Shown here piece after piece: positions 49,224-62,881 of a stretch of 64,000 bases of DNA. A program made the translations under genes and the position numbers. Position 1 is the stretch's first letter. Each line of letters begins with the position of its first letter. Under the pieces are notes generated by a model. The model searched no databases. It was not told the origin of the DNA and worked only from the letters and a program-made list of their open reading frames with translations. This stretch comes from Elsinoe ampelina (taxonomy: Eukaryota): the NCBI GenBank assembly GCA_010093995.1, contig ML992505.1:1009147-1073146 (forward strand), read 5' to 3'.

Positions 49224-50799
49224 CTATACGTTACGAAATCCCTAACGCTAGGGAGCTATATTAGACTACTTCTAAGTAACTAACTTAGTTTAACTTAGTT
49301 CGATATAATTCCCTAGTTACCCCTAGGTCCTACTTAGAAGTAATATAGTTTTTCCCCGTAGAAATCTAAAAACCTCTAATACGTAGCAAATAGAGACGGC
49401 CTAATAGTAGATAGTGCACTACGTATATCTCTTATCTTAGTTTAAGCATTTCTTAGTTCGCGAAGTAATTAGTTTATATCTACTCTATAAGCTTAATAAT
49501 ATTAATTATAGAAATATTCTATTATATAGCTTACCTCGTAGTATATATTATATATGTCTATATATTATATAGACCTTATAATTTATCTACTACGTCTAGA
49601 AAATTATATAAGGTTACTAGAATACATATATTGCTTTATGTTCTACCTAACGCTACTCTTAATAATAATATATATACTATCTTCTTATAATTCTATATCC
49701 TTATCCCTTAGTTCTATAAAAGTATCTCTATCTAGTAAATGTCTATCCTCCTTAATGTCTAAGATACTACTACTATACTTTAGGCTAATTCGGTACTATA
49801 AGACTAGTTTACGTAGTAGGCCTCTAAACTTCTTACGTGTAAAGGACAAAAAGTTTATCTACGTCTATGTACCTAAGAAATCCTTCTACTACGCCTTAAC
49901 CGCTAGTAAATCGCTATTAAGTTATCCGTCTTAGGACGGTATAGTACGCGTATAATTAAGTAGCCCGGGTAGATGTCGCTATTAAGTCTATTGATTCTTA
50001 TATATACTAACTATAATCTAACTTAGTTTAGTAGTAGTTAAAGTTATAACAAGGTTACTGTCTATATTAGGTATTTACGCCGGCTATACTTCTATCGTAG
50101 AAGTCGCTATAGAGCAATTTAGTACTTCGCTCCTATATACGAACTAAGTAGTACCTTAATATGCTATAATAGGGCGTTTAGCCTTAATTAGACGCTCTTC
50201 TTAATCTATTAGTATTAAACTTAAGAAGCTAATAGGAGAATCGAGCTTACCTCTTAAAAGGTGCTTAGTAGGAGCATTTCGTACCGGTGCTATATAATAG
50301 CTATTACCTCCGCTATTAGGCCTATTATTATATACCTAACTTCTCTATAAGTTAGTTTAAAGTTAAGTAGGCCGAACTAAAACGAGAAGGTATATATACA
50401 CCTTTCCCTTATATCCTCTCTATCTAATAGTCTCTCTATAGTATTAGCGTAAAGAGATATATTTAACACTACTACTATAATAGTAAGTCTATTCCTCTCG
50501 ACGTACTTAGTAAAGCTAAGTTTTAGCTAATAAAGGATAAGAACCTATCTCGGGCTAATCTACGCTAGGAAGTTATTCTAAATGCTTAGTTAGATATAAT
50601 TAAGTTCTAAAGGTTCTATACGTTTAAATACTAGTATTCCCTTAGGTAAGTAGGACTTAACCCTGTTTGCTTACTTAACTAAGAGTATATAAATCGTTAC
50701 TAGAAGAGAGGAAATAAGAAAGAGTATTAGTTCGTTAAAGTAATAGCAAGTGCTAGCTATTATAGCTAAGCCTATACGTCCGACAAAGGCTACTTAGAA

Positions 50800-51605
50800 G
50801 GCTTTATATATTAAAGAACTCCTAAAGCATTTACGCTACTATATATAAGTAATTAATTAATAAGTACATCTAGCGCGTACTAAATCGCCGTCCTTATATT
50901 AGTACTTTCTTTTCTCTAGTAGCCTACGTACCTAATTCGGTAGCTCGCTATTCTCTAGCCCCTTAGCTAGCTATTCGTAGTAGAGTATCTTACTTACTAT
51001 TCGTGTAATGTTATTATAACTATAGTAGAGCGCCTCTTAGAGCTATACGTATATTAATAAGTAATTAGCTTTAGCTACGTAACTTACCTTACTAGCTATA
51101 ACTATAGAAGAGTATTCGCCTATAGTCCTCTATAGATAAAGTACTAGTAGCTAGTTACGAATTAAGCGCTAGTACTATGTAATTTATAGGAGTAGCTATT
51201 AATTGTCTAATGTTAGTAATATTGTATTATAATCTACTCTAATAGCTATACTTATACGTAGATCGTTATATACTACCTCGAAAATGTCGAGATACTAGTT
51301 TAGTATATTCTATTACCTTCGCTTTACTATCTTAACTAGTATAGAGGCTAACGTTAGGCTATTCTCGTCGGGTTATAGCTCCCTTAAACTCGGATTAAGA
51401 GTAGCAATGTCTAATTTATGCCTTCTTCTTCGTCTTTAATATTGTATTTATAGCCTACGTAGTTAGCTTAGTCTCCCTTAATGCTAAAGCCTTACTCTAC
51501 TTTATCCTAGTCGAAATAACCTAAATTGTTATCTTTGAAATACTTATTAGTCTTATAGTCTAAGCTATACGGGCACTAACGTGCCTAAGATATCTTAGTT
51601 TATAA
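50800..51605 (-). pseudogene. RIP-inactivated unknown gene
   Basis: Long frame whose only stops are TAA/TAG (RIP-derivable), e.g. RRRRRHKLDIATLNPSLREL.PDENSLTLAS, then a GTAAGT donor at ~51087. Confidence 0.4.
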
Positions 51606-52849
51606 TAGTTCTAATAAAGAGGTATATAGGTATAAGAGAGTTAGTAAAGTAGGCTAGAATAATATATACTATAAGGGGGATAGATAGTTATCTTATATGT
51701 GTTATAGTAACTTAGCGTTAGTTTAAGTTAGATAATAGCTTAGTTAGGTGTTTAAAGTGCGTAACTTTCTTCTAATTAGAATTAGTTATATCCGCCTATA
51801 CCCTAAGGTAATCTTAACTAGTAAGGGTATTAAATTAGACTTATAGCTAAGTCTAACTCGCGGAGTGCTAATTACTAGAAGCTAAACTAAAAAAGAAAGC
51901 TACTTAAACTTACTTAGACTAAATGCTCGAACTAAATATAGCATTTGTTATTAGGTTAAGCAATAATTAGAGTAGAAATACATAGAGAGAAATCGCAGAT
52001 TAAACTTAGACCGAGCAATTATATACTAATTCGAAAGACTATAGGAACTAGCTATTATATATATAGACAGGTAGTACAATTTATATAGTAGCTCCCTTAT
52101 TAATTACGTTAGTAGTTCCCTCTTTACCGAGTAGTATATCTTCTAAGTACTAAAAGTATTAATTGCTTACTATCTTACTATCTAGGGTGTCCGAATAAAA
52201 CACGCTAGATAGAGTAGCTTATCTTCTACTAATTATGTCGTAATAGAGAGCGGGCGTCGATTAGCTATTAGTAACTATATATAGTAATAGTAGAGTAGCA
52301 CTATTAGTGTAGCGTTATATACTCTTATTTAATCCGAATAAGCCCCTTAATACTCTACTAGTAAGGTCCGTAGAGGCGACGCTAAACGCGTAAAAAGCTT
52401 TACTAATGTACTTTCTAAGTATATTATTCTCTTACTAGAGTTATTTAATTAAGCTTATGTTCTTCTCCGCTATTAATTGTAATTAGCCTACTTCCTACTA
52501 AACAAGTATAATATCTTTCTCTAGGAGTTGCTGTCTATTAAGCTATTTAGGCTACTAGGTCCTATATCGCTTTTGCTAGCTACTAACGTAATTATACTCT
52601 TCTCCGTGCGTATATAGTAGAGAGCTTCTAATTTAAGCCTCTAGCTAGTTAGGGAGACTATTAGAAGACTATGCTTTAACACCTTAATAGATAAGAGAAG
52701 CCTATATACTTAATCCTATAGTCTAGATATTAGCCGCTAGAGAAATAAGGTCGGTGTAATTAATATCTATACTTAGGAGCCTAGCCGAAAGATACTAATA
52801 GACCCGATAGATTAATAGTAGGAGGATAGATAAGTAATTCTAAAGGGCA

Positions 52850-53770
52850 ATTTAGTTAAAAGGTAAGGAAGGATAAAGCGTAGTAAACGAACTAAAACTC
52901 TAGGGTTTAGTAGTAGGTACGGCTTAGTATAGATTACCCTACTACTTTTTAGTTCGACTTAGTCTACTACTAGACTATTCTCCTTTATGCTTGCTTCGGC
53001 TAGATACTTTCCTTAATCTCGTTGCCTTATTAGAATATAAAGAAGTAAACTATGTAATATCTTAGATAAGATAATAGCCTTAAACTAGATAGTATTCTCT
53101 ATTATAGCGAAATATAGCGTTCTATCGTCCTTCTAACCTATAACATCGCTTTACTTGTTATATATATAGTAGTCTATTATAATTAATATTACCCTTAGCT
53201 AATCGAACTTAATATCTATATTCTCCTTAGACATAGTAGTTATAGCTTTATAACGTATAAGTAGGAGATTTCTAATCGAGTAGATAGGACGTATCTCTCT
53301 ATCCTTACGAACTACTAATAGCATATTGTCTAGTTAATTAAAGAGTAAAGGCGCTTATAATTGTAATTAGTAATCTAAGGATTTGTTCGAGGTAAGTGTA
53401 TTAGTACTATTCTACGCTCCTCTAGGCTTATATAATCTTAAGTGTAATTATACCTACTAACGTCTAAAATTAGTACTTATCTTATAGACGAGAGTATAGA
53501 AGGCAGCTTAACTATCGCTACTCTCTAAGAGCTCTATCGTATACTAAAATATGCACCGAATGTTATTACTATCTAGTACTACTAGAAGCACCTTCTTCTC
53601 TAACTTTCTCCTATTAGAAATTAACCTAAATATTCTTCTAACTATACCTTTACCTATTATAATATTCTCTAAGAGACTATATAAGTCTCTATAGCCTTTA
53701 TTATCGAGGGCAAGGGCTTACTTAATAGCTTCGATTAAGCATATTACTAGTTAATAAGAAGTAGATATAG
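52850..53770 (-). pseudogene. RIP-inactivated unknown gene
   Basis: Pyrimidine-rich leader on the minus strand, then a long frame (..IEAIK.ALALD..G.RDL.SLLE...) with only TAA/TAG stops. Confidence 0.4.
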
Positions 53771-54011
53771 GTACAGCTACGAAGGGAAAGAGAGAGAGGG
53801 GAAATAGAGGTAGAAGAGCGACAGTATAGGTAGCAATTCGGTGTAAGTATTACTTGCGATAGATAAGCCTTAGATCTTAGTTTACTTACGAGAGAGGTAT
53901 ACTAGAATTGTGCTTAGTTATAATTAGTTAGCCTAAACTAACACTTGTAGAACTACAAAGTTTAACGCGCTAAACTTTATCTCCTCTTAGTTTTATTATA
54001 TACTTATTACG

Positions 54012-54779
54012 TAGCGATATAACTATATTATAAATACGATTTGTAATAACGCTTTAGTTTATGCTCTTTACTTACACCGACTTAAACGTAGGTATTAGCG
54101 TCCCTAGTATAACCTTTTCTCTTCTCTCTATCTAACCTCGATAATAGCTAGCTATCTATTATAGTAGATTTCCGCGCCTAGTATACTACAATTATCAATT
54201 GTTATATATACTATAGTAACTCTAACATTTACTCTTGCCTTGCTATTACTACTACTTCTAATAGTATTCTCTATACTAGCTACGTCGTGTTTGTAGAATT
54301 AACTACTACTAGTACCTAGTAGTTACGCCGGAGCAAATCTATTATAGTATACCTCTCTATCTTGCCTACTGCGCCGCTATAGGCTTAAGGGTGCGTAAGG
54401 AGACTCTAATACCTCTTTCTCTCTCCCTACTACTACTACTCTCTATAGCTTCCTTTATACTAGCTATGTATTATTAGTAGAACTAGCTATCGTCTCTACC
54501 TAGTAGCTACGACTAAGTAAATCTATCGCGGAGTATCTCCTAATCTTATAGATAGCACCGCTAGGGGTTCTAGTATATACGAAGAGAGTAGAGGAGCTAG
54601 CGTCTACTAGGAATTACCTACCTTATAGTATAAGAATATCGAGGGGAGAATTATAGAGAAATAACTAATATAATAAAGAGAAAGAGATAGAGAAATATTA
54701 TAGGTAAAGATATGTCTACTACCTCCTACTAGATAGTAGCTTACTATAGAGGGTGTTATAGGCGGAGCTATATTAGTAG
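54012..54779. repeat. ~770-bp direct repeat, copy A (copy B at 61184-61950)
   Basis: Near-collinear match from tagcgatataactatatt to ggcggagctata..agtag. Differences are mostly C/T and G/A. Confidence 0.93.
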
Positions 54780-55621
54780 TATTCTCTTTTATAATTACTT
54801 TTATAGCGGAGTTTTGTCATTAGTAGCGCTTTGTTATAACTTTCTTACGTTAGTAATATACTTCTTTCTATATAGATTATATACCTATTACTTTAATCTC
54901 TCTCCTCTAACTAGTAAACAAAATCTCCTTGTCTAATACGTGTAAGTATACTATATATCTTTCTTTATTCCTTGTTATTTGTCTTGTCTCCTATCTACTA
55001 TAAAGATATTAAGGTTGTTACTTTATACAATAATACTCTTTGTTAAATAGTTCGCTAGCTGTTCGAAGCATATATAACTTTATATATAGCACTAATATGC
55101 AAGTGTTTAGTATAGTTAATTACTTCAATACTAATTTTCTATAATAATTAGCACTTATAATATTCTCCGATAGCTATGTTTTATTTACTTACCTAATTTA
55201 CGCTCTATAATATTTATTAGTAGTAAACTAACTTATTTACTTTTAGTTCTAGTATTAACCTAATATTAGTAATTATTACGTGTTACTATTAGCATATACG
55301 AAATATAGACTTAGTTAACCTAGTTTACTTTTAGATCGAGGCCCGAACTAGATCTTAGTTATAAGTATACTACTTACTTCGGTATACTATCTTAAATACA
55401 AATTTTATTATATTTAAGAAGTTACTATCTACTTTCCGCGTAGTATTTTAACATTATACTAGGTAGTAGGTATTTATAATTGCTACTATTTACTCTATAG
55501 CGCTTAACTTACTACGCTTAGTTCCTAGCTATATAACCTTGACCTCTCTAACCTTACCTACCTTATATAACGCCTTTACTAGTAAACATTCTTATACTTA
55601 TTAAATACATATAATAGTACT

Positions 55622-56900
55622 ATACTACTAAAGACAAAGAAGCTAAAGGTCGCTACTAAACCTATAGAAAAGATTCTACTTAATAACCTTATACTAGCTC
55701 TTATTAAGAATGCACTTTATAATAACAATATTAGTAAGAAATCTATCTAATTCTTCTTTAATTAGGACAACTAGTAATACTCTACTACGTTCGTAAGGAT
55801 AAAGGAAATAATCTTAAAAGTCTTTATAGAATCTAATATTAAAATTAAGAAACAAGATAGAAGCGAGTTACGTAATTCTAAGGTGCTTAAAGCACGCCTT
55901 AAAATTGAAACTAGGCTACTAAATAGTACACCTAACGATTTCTAGCTCTTTATTAACTAACTAGATCGGAAAGATCTAGACTAGTTTAAGGAGAACTTAC
56001 GGACTATAGTTAATATTAACAAGATAAAAGCTATATAGTAATTATTCTAAAATACTATATAATTAATAAAGGCAAATCTCCTATCGGTTAAAAGGGAAAG
56101 AATAACGTCGCTAGGCAAAGAAGGCACCTAGAGTCTATATCCTTTAGCTACCTTATCCGTATAGATACTAATGCTCTCCTAAGTAAGAATACTGTCCTTA
56201 GAGAGATATATAACTCGTGTAAAGACAGGCGATAAGAGATTAGATTTGTATATATAGCCTCGTTATAGAATATTTAGCTTTAACTAGGGGCTAGCGTCTA
56301 ATCGTGTCTAGATTAATATTGAATTTGCTATAATCTAGATTATAGAGGTTATCGAAGTAAATACTATCCTATATTTAATATTAAGAAAGAACATCCGCGT
56401 CTACGACTTAAGAAAGCCTAGTACTAGTAAAGACAAGAATTGTTATGTTAATTACTATATTAGTAAGCTTAGGCAGATCCTTAACATTAGAGGTAATTAC
56501 TTCTAACTCTACTAGCTTAACGTATATAACTCCGTATAAGTCTTTACTATTAAAGACTCTTTCGATCTAGACACTACTATTACCGAGTATGTTATAACTT
56601 TTATCCCTAGTGCCTATAAGATCTTTCTCTATCTTACTTCTTCTATAGTATCTATTAAAGATCTTCTCAACTTTATACGAAGTAAGTTTACCTCTTCTCT
56701 ATTTATCTATATATACTAACACTTATAGACAACTCTTATCGATATTGTAGTAGCTAGTAACTACTTCCTATAGCCGAGGCTACTATAGAAGAGGACTTAG
56801 AAGTGTTTCTTACTCCTAAGAAGCTTTGCTTTATAGATATTAACACTAATAAGAAGCGTAAAGGAGATTAGTAGAAAGAGAACATTATAATATAGAATGT
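55622..56900 (+). pseudogene. RIP-inactivated unknown gene, paralogue of 62882-64000
   Basis: De-RIP MPPKTKKPK...FFFDQDNQQYS.TF.R...D.DWFKEN...DSFDLDTAIT.....IFLYLTSS. Confidence 0.6.
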
Positions 56901-58049
56901 TTAATACCTATAATAGCGACTAAACCGCTAAAGGCAAGAGCGGCAATACTACTATATTTTATTTGCTATTACGTTATTTATAAAACTATTTAGTTCTTAA
57001 CTAATAAAGTTTTATTTAGCTCGTTCTACCTCTAAGAGGCTATAGCCCCTATAAATCCTATAATTTCTATTATTATTATTAGAAGCAAACTTGCTCGATA
57101 GTCCTACGACTATAGCTAGACAGATTCTAACCGACCTAGCGACTTAGTTTAGAGTGTAGTTTTACTTTATATAGTTTTAAGAGAATGTAGCTCCTTCTCC
57201 CCTACTAGAAGAACATAGCCTATTTAGACTATAGTATATACCGCCGAGGTACTATTTATATTTCTACTGCTTTAATAGCTTAAAGAATATTATATAAGCT
57301 ACTATATACCTAAGGCCGGCTATTTATCTAGATAAACGCGATCTCTCGGAGCTCTCTAATACCTCTCCTAAGTTCTACTTTGTTACTAGTAACTTTCTAT
57401 AGCCTACCTAGCATACTATAACGTATTAGAGTAAAGAGAGCAAGTCCGAGAAGATAACAACTTACTTCTACTAACACAAGATTAATATTAGTATTAAAAA
57501 AGTAATATGTTCTTAATATTATTAATAATAGAAACAAAGCGATACTACTATAGATATAATAGACTAGGGCGTTTAATAATAAGTAAAACAAGTTAGCGGG
57601 ATAGAATCTTGTCCTCTATTATAGTAGAAGCGATAGTATAAGTTTTAGTTCTATACCGAACTTAGAGTTAACTAAATTAAATAAGAATAGTATAGTACTA
57701 TAAAGGAGCGCATAGGCGTTACTACTAACACGATTATTAGGCTTTACTCTTATATACTAGCGAGGTTTACACGTAGTATACTTAGAAGTTAATAAAGAAT
57801 TCCTACCGACTATTATTAGTTCTAGCTACTACCTTCTAATAAATAGTAGAGACGCTTTAGGTTAGGTCGCGCCTCCTAACTAAGTATAAACTTAAGTTAG
57901 TTTAGTTAGCCTAAAACTAGAGACAAACTTATTTTATATTAGAGTAGATAAGTCCTTTAAGGGAACGCTATAACGTCTAGCTATCTTATGCCTCTCCTTG
58001 TTAGGTAATTGCTACTTGGCATTAGCATAGCTCTACTAACTATATACGT

Positions 58050-59550
58050 AGGTTTAGTATTAAGCTTAATATTCGATATAAGGTTAATTACACCGAGAGA
58101 AAGAGATTAGATATCTACTACTTAATAAAGGTAGCTTCGACATAGTAGAGCTAGTCTCTATCTATAGGTAGTAAAGACGTATCTATTACAAAGAATAAGA
58201 GAGGATAAACTAGACACAATTTGACTCGATATTACTATATAATATAACGAGAAGTAGCTCTCTACCTATACGAAAGTAACGTAAGAATAGTTAAAGCCTA
58301 TCGTAGTCTTCTTTTTGTAAATATAATAGTTACTTCTCGTTTCTAGTTCGAAATCTTCGTATTAGTCTCTATATAGATAGCTAGACTTCTGTTTATTTCT
58401 CTCGACATGTATCTTAACCTAATTATAAAACATCTAGCGGCTATATCTGCTTTTATGTCTTATTAGGTTCGAGATATTCCTAACTAGGACTCTAAAGTTT
58501 TAATTAAGGATAGATATCTTATTTCTTTAGTAGCACTATATATATAAATCGCTTCGCGTATAGGGGAGTATACCTTAACTATAATTATAGAGACGCTATA
58601 TAGGAGAGAGTAGCACGGGATAATATTTATATTTAATAAGCAAAAGGAACCTAGAGGTAATTATGCTAGATGTTATTACAAGCTTACTTTATTTACTTCG
58701 CTACCCTACTAGTATAGGAAGAGTAATAACATTAACTAATATTATAGTAGAGGCTATAGACACTCCTTAGACTTTATACCCCGAGCTAAAGCAGTAGATA
58801 AGTATATAGCTAGCACTATGCTAGATTAGAAATATAGGGCCTTTATATTATTATCCCTAAGATTATAGAATAGAAAGCCTACGGTTAGAAGACTAAGAGG
58901 TAGTAAGGAATTATTCGTACGTGTAACTCTATAGCGCTAGTAGTAGCTACGGTAGTTAGTTTAACTTAGTTAGTCTAGTTCGGTTGTTACTAATAAGAGA
59001 GCTACATCTACGAGACTTAAGAGAATCCTAAATAGCTAAGCTATTAGAATCGGTAAGGGCACTAAAGTCGTCGTTATTGATTATAGAGAGAAGTCTATAG
59101 TAAGCTACGTAGGTATTATTAGGGTAGCTATATCGAAGTAAACTTACTTCGAGAAGGCTATACTAGTTAGTTCGTAACTAGGAATAGCGTATAGTTCTAT
59201 AACAAGTAGAGTACTAGTACTTCTGCCTTAATAGTATAACTTTGCTTAATACGAAGTTAGTGTATAGATCTAATTATTATAGTAGACTTCCGATAGTGCC
59301 TTAGAGAATATAACATTCGCTAGCGTAGATATAATAACAGCGTTTATGCTTAAGCTAACTATACTATCCTATCGGCCGAAGAAGTAAGTTAACTATAGCT
59401 ACGATACACTAACAATAATATAGAAGGTTATATAAGACAATATAGCAAAGTAGACAAACTAAAAGTATAGTTGTTTAAACTAATAGAGGAGTAATAGCAA
59501 ATTATTAGTTTATCCTTGTTAAGATCGGTTAAGGGAACGCCTATAATTTT
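58050..59550 (+). pseudogene. RIP-inactivated protein-kinase-like gene
   Basis: LNKGSFDIVE (~58120, de-RIP LGEGGFG.VE Gly-loop), REVAL, IMLDVI.SLL.L...NI.V, KVVVIDYG (~59065). These motifs are in kinase order, with introns or frame breaks between them. Confidence 0.45.
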
Positions 59551-60857
59551 CACCTAAAAAGCGCTAGTTTTAGTTTAGCGAACTAATTAACTACCCCTAA
59601 TAGATTAACTATAGGCATAAATAACCTAACGTTATATAGCCGAGGCATCTTCGTATACTACTATTGCTATTTTTTCATAGAGGCTATTTATAACTAACTT
59701 ATTACAATACTAGCGACAAGTTAAGACATAAGATAGTAAGAGCTATAAATCGTTTACTAGCTAAAATTATTATACCTACGTAGCGCTTTCTGTTTTATAA
59801 TTACTATAAAAGCCTCTACTAAGGATAATAGCGCGACAATAGCTAATTAAGTATAGTATTTAATATTGTTCTTAAGTAAGAGACAGCTAATAAACTCTGT
59901 CGCCTAGATATATTAGAGTAAACTTTATCTTAACATATCTAGTACTATAGCGTAGATACAATTTTAGCTTTAGTCTACTAATGCTATACGATAGCTTAGT
60001 CCTATTAGCTCTACTACGAATTACAGTAAATAAGAACCGAACTAAGTAACGAGGTAGAAATAATAGCCTACGGCTAGCGTAGAGTATTCTTCTCCCTTTG
60101 CCTACTATATAGTATAGTATAGTAGACAATCCTCTTAGTCTCTTTACTAATCTCGACTCTCGAACTCTAGTACGTAGAATAGATAGTAATAGTAATAGTA
60201 GGCTCGATAGCGACGTACACGAGAAAGAGAAGAGCATAGACAAGGTTATAATAGAAGGTATACACAAGGAAGAGTAAGTAATTATAGTAAGCATAACTAG
60301 CGGCACGTCTATAGAGTAGAGTACTAGGAGATTATCCTTATCTAGTAGAGCTATATCCGATTATACTACGTTCGAGATAGCAACTAGTATACTAGCTAGT
60401 AGCGAGAAGTTAGTAATAGATATAGTTTATCCTTAGTTTACGTTAACTAATCTTGTCTAGATCTCTCTAAGTCTATAATATATTCTTCGCCCCGAGCGAT
60501 TAATAAGATATAGCTTAGCTAGGGACCCTCGGCTTAGTACTCTAACGTTTAATAAAAGGTAAGCTACTAACTTAGATAGATAATTTTAATTCGAGTTAGG
60601 TTGTTATAGTAGAAGCGCCTTCTAGTAGAATACACTTACTACGGACTACTAGCCCCTATATAATGTTCTAACAAATCTACTTCTACCTACGTAAGGGTAC
60701 TAAAGATATATCTAAGTTATATATATAAAGGCTATAGTAGTCTAACTAATAGCAAAATAGTGTTTGCTAGTAGAAAGCTTACTCGGCTTAAATTTAGTAG
60801 TGTAAATCGTTGCTTTACTCTATCTCTAGCATGTTATATATAGCAGTAGTAGAGGGC

Positions 60858-61057
60858 AGCTAGCAGGGAACAGCTAGTAGTTTATTACGTCGAACTAACA
60901 ATTTCTTAGTTCTCTCTCTTAAAGTTTAAAGATAACTTAAAATTTTAACCTAACTATAGCTAGTAGAGGACAGCTAGTAGTTTATTACGTCGAACTAACA
61001 ATGTCTTAGTCCTCTCTCTCAAAGTTTAAGAATGACCTAAAATTTTAACCTAACTAG
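60858..61057. repeat. 100-bp tandem duplication
   Basis: cagctagtagtttattacgtcgaactaacaat...aattttaacctaacta at 60871 and 60971. Confidence 0.9.
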
Positions 61058-61183
61058 ATTAAGTACTCCTCGAAACTTAATTACGTAATGCTATCTAATT
61101 ATATTCTTCTCTAAAGTTAGGTATTATATGTTTAGAGACTTACAATCTTTATAGTATTATAAACGCGTTATAAACTCTATTTA

Positions 61184-61950
61184 TAGCGATATAACTATAT
61201 TGTAGATATAATTTACTATAACGCCTTAGTTTACGCCCTCTGCTTATACCGACCTAAATATAGGCGTTAACGTCCCTAGTATAATCTTTTCTCTCCTCTC
61301 TATCCGACCTTAATAATAGCTAGCTATCTATTATAGCGGATCCCTCGCCTAGTATACTATAATTATCTATTGCTATATATACGATAGTAACTCTAATATT
61401 TACTCTTACCTCGCTATTACTACTACTTCTAATAGTATTCTCTATACTAGCTATGTCGTGTTTATAGAATTAACTACTGCTAGTACCTAGTAGTTACGCC
61501 GGAGTAAATCTATTATAGTATACCTCTCTATCTTGCCTACTACGCTACTATAGGCTTAAGGGTATATAAGGAGACTCCGATACTTCTTTCTCTCTCCCTG
61601 CTACTACTACCCTCTATAGCTTCCTTTACACTAGCTACGTATTATTAGTAGGACTAGCTACTGTCTCTACCTAGTAGCTATAACTAAGCGAATCTATCGC
61701 GGAGTATCTTCTAATCTTATAGATAGCGCTACTAGGAGTTCTAGTATATATAAAGAGGGTAGAGAAGCTAGTATCTACCGGGGATTACCTACCTTATAGT
61801 ATAAGGATGTTAAGGGGAGAATTACGAAGGAATAACTAGTATAATAAAGAGGAAGAGACAGAGGAATATTGTAGGTAAAGATACGTCTACTACCTCCTAC
61901 TAGATAGTAGCTTACTATAGAGAGCATTATAGGCGGAGCTATACTAGTAG
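61184..61950. repeat. ~770-bp direct repeat, copy B
   Basis: Matches 54012-54779. Confidence 0.93.
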
Positions 61951-62881
61951 CGTCCTCTCTCGCTATTGCCTTTCTAGCAGGGCTAGGCGAGAAATAAAGC
62001 GCATTTGTAGTTATGTGGAATATACTATTAACCGCCCGTTCTATAGAATATATAGCCTTTACTCTACTCTACTACTTAATTCTATATATAGCAATTATAA
62101 AGTCTAGATAATTAGATAGTAGTATATTACTTTCTTTGTTCCTTTACTAGTATCTATAAGCTATACTATACACTATATATACTATGCCCTTTATTCCGCT
62201 ATAGGCTACTAACTACCTTCTATTTATGTTCTATTACTATTATCCTTCGTATATAAATACTAGTTTCGCTATTAAAATATTATTTAATTATTTTACGTTA
62301 ACTACTACTATATTCCCTTTATTTATTAGACTATTATCCCTTAAGATCTACCCTAAATATAATAATAGTATCCTTAGTACATACGGTATGTAAAATAAAA
62401 GGTAACTAAGTGTATAGACTATAGTTACTCTTAGTTTAGTGTCTAAACTAAGTAATCTACTATTACATGTATGCTGTATCTAGTATACTACTACGTGCTT
62501 AGTTCAGGGCCTAACCTAAGTCGACTAAATTTAGGTTACTTCTCTCCTTAATTACTTTAGTTTACCTTTGTTTATACTCTCTTATATATAAATAAATAAC
62601 TTATATAGCTCTCTAGTATTTCTTTAACCTCTTTAATCTCTCTTTTAAGCGCTTTTTACTTAAATATCTCCTCTTTAGTTAAGTCTTAGTTAGGTATATA
62701 TTACGAAGTATATAGACCTACTACGTTAATAAATTCTCTCCTTAATTCTTTTAAACTTATAAATATATAACACCTTTATAGAATCTCTTCTTTAATATCT
62801 ACTACACCTACTTAACCTATTTACTAGATATTATTCTAAGCTTTATTTATAGTATATACTAAGCTTATAGACGTACGTAAT

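Noticed and set aside
49229..49400. cgttacgaaatcc... as an LTR start
   Set aside because: Begins CG rather than TG (RIP does not convert T to C), and no retroelement motifs follow.
49554..49934. ORFs in the AT-rich block (49554-49934, 57397-57591, 59887-60306)
   Set aside because: I/L/Y/S-rich chance frames produced by RIP, not real proteins.
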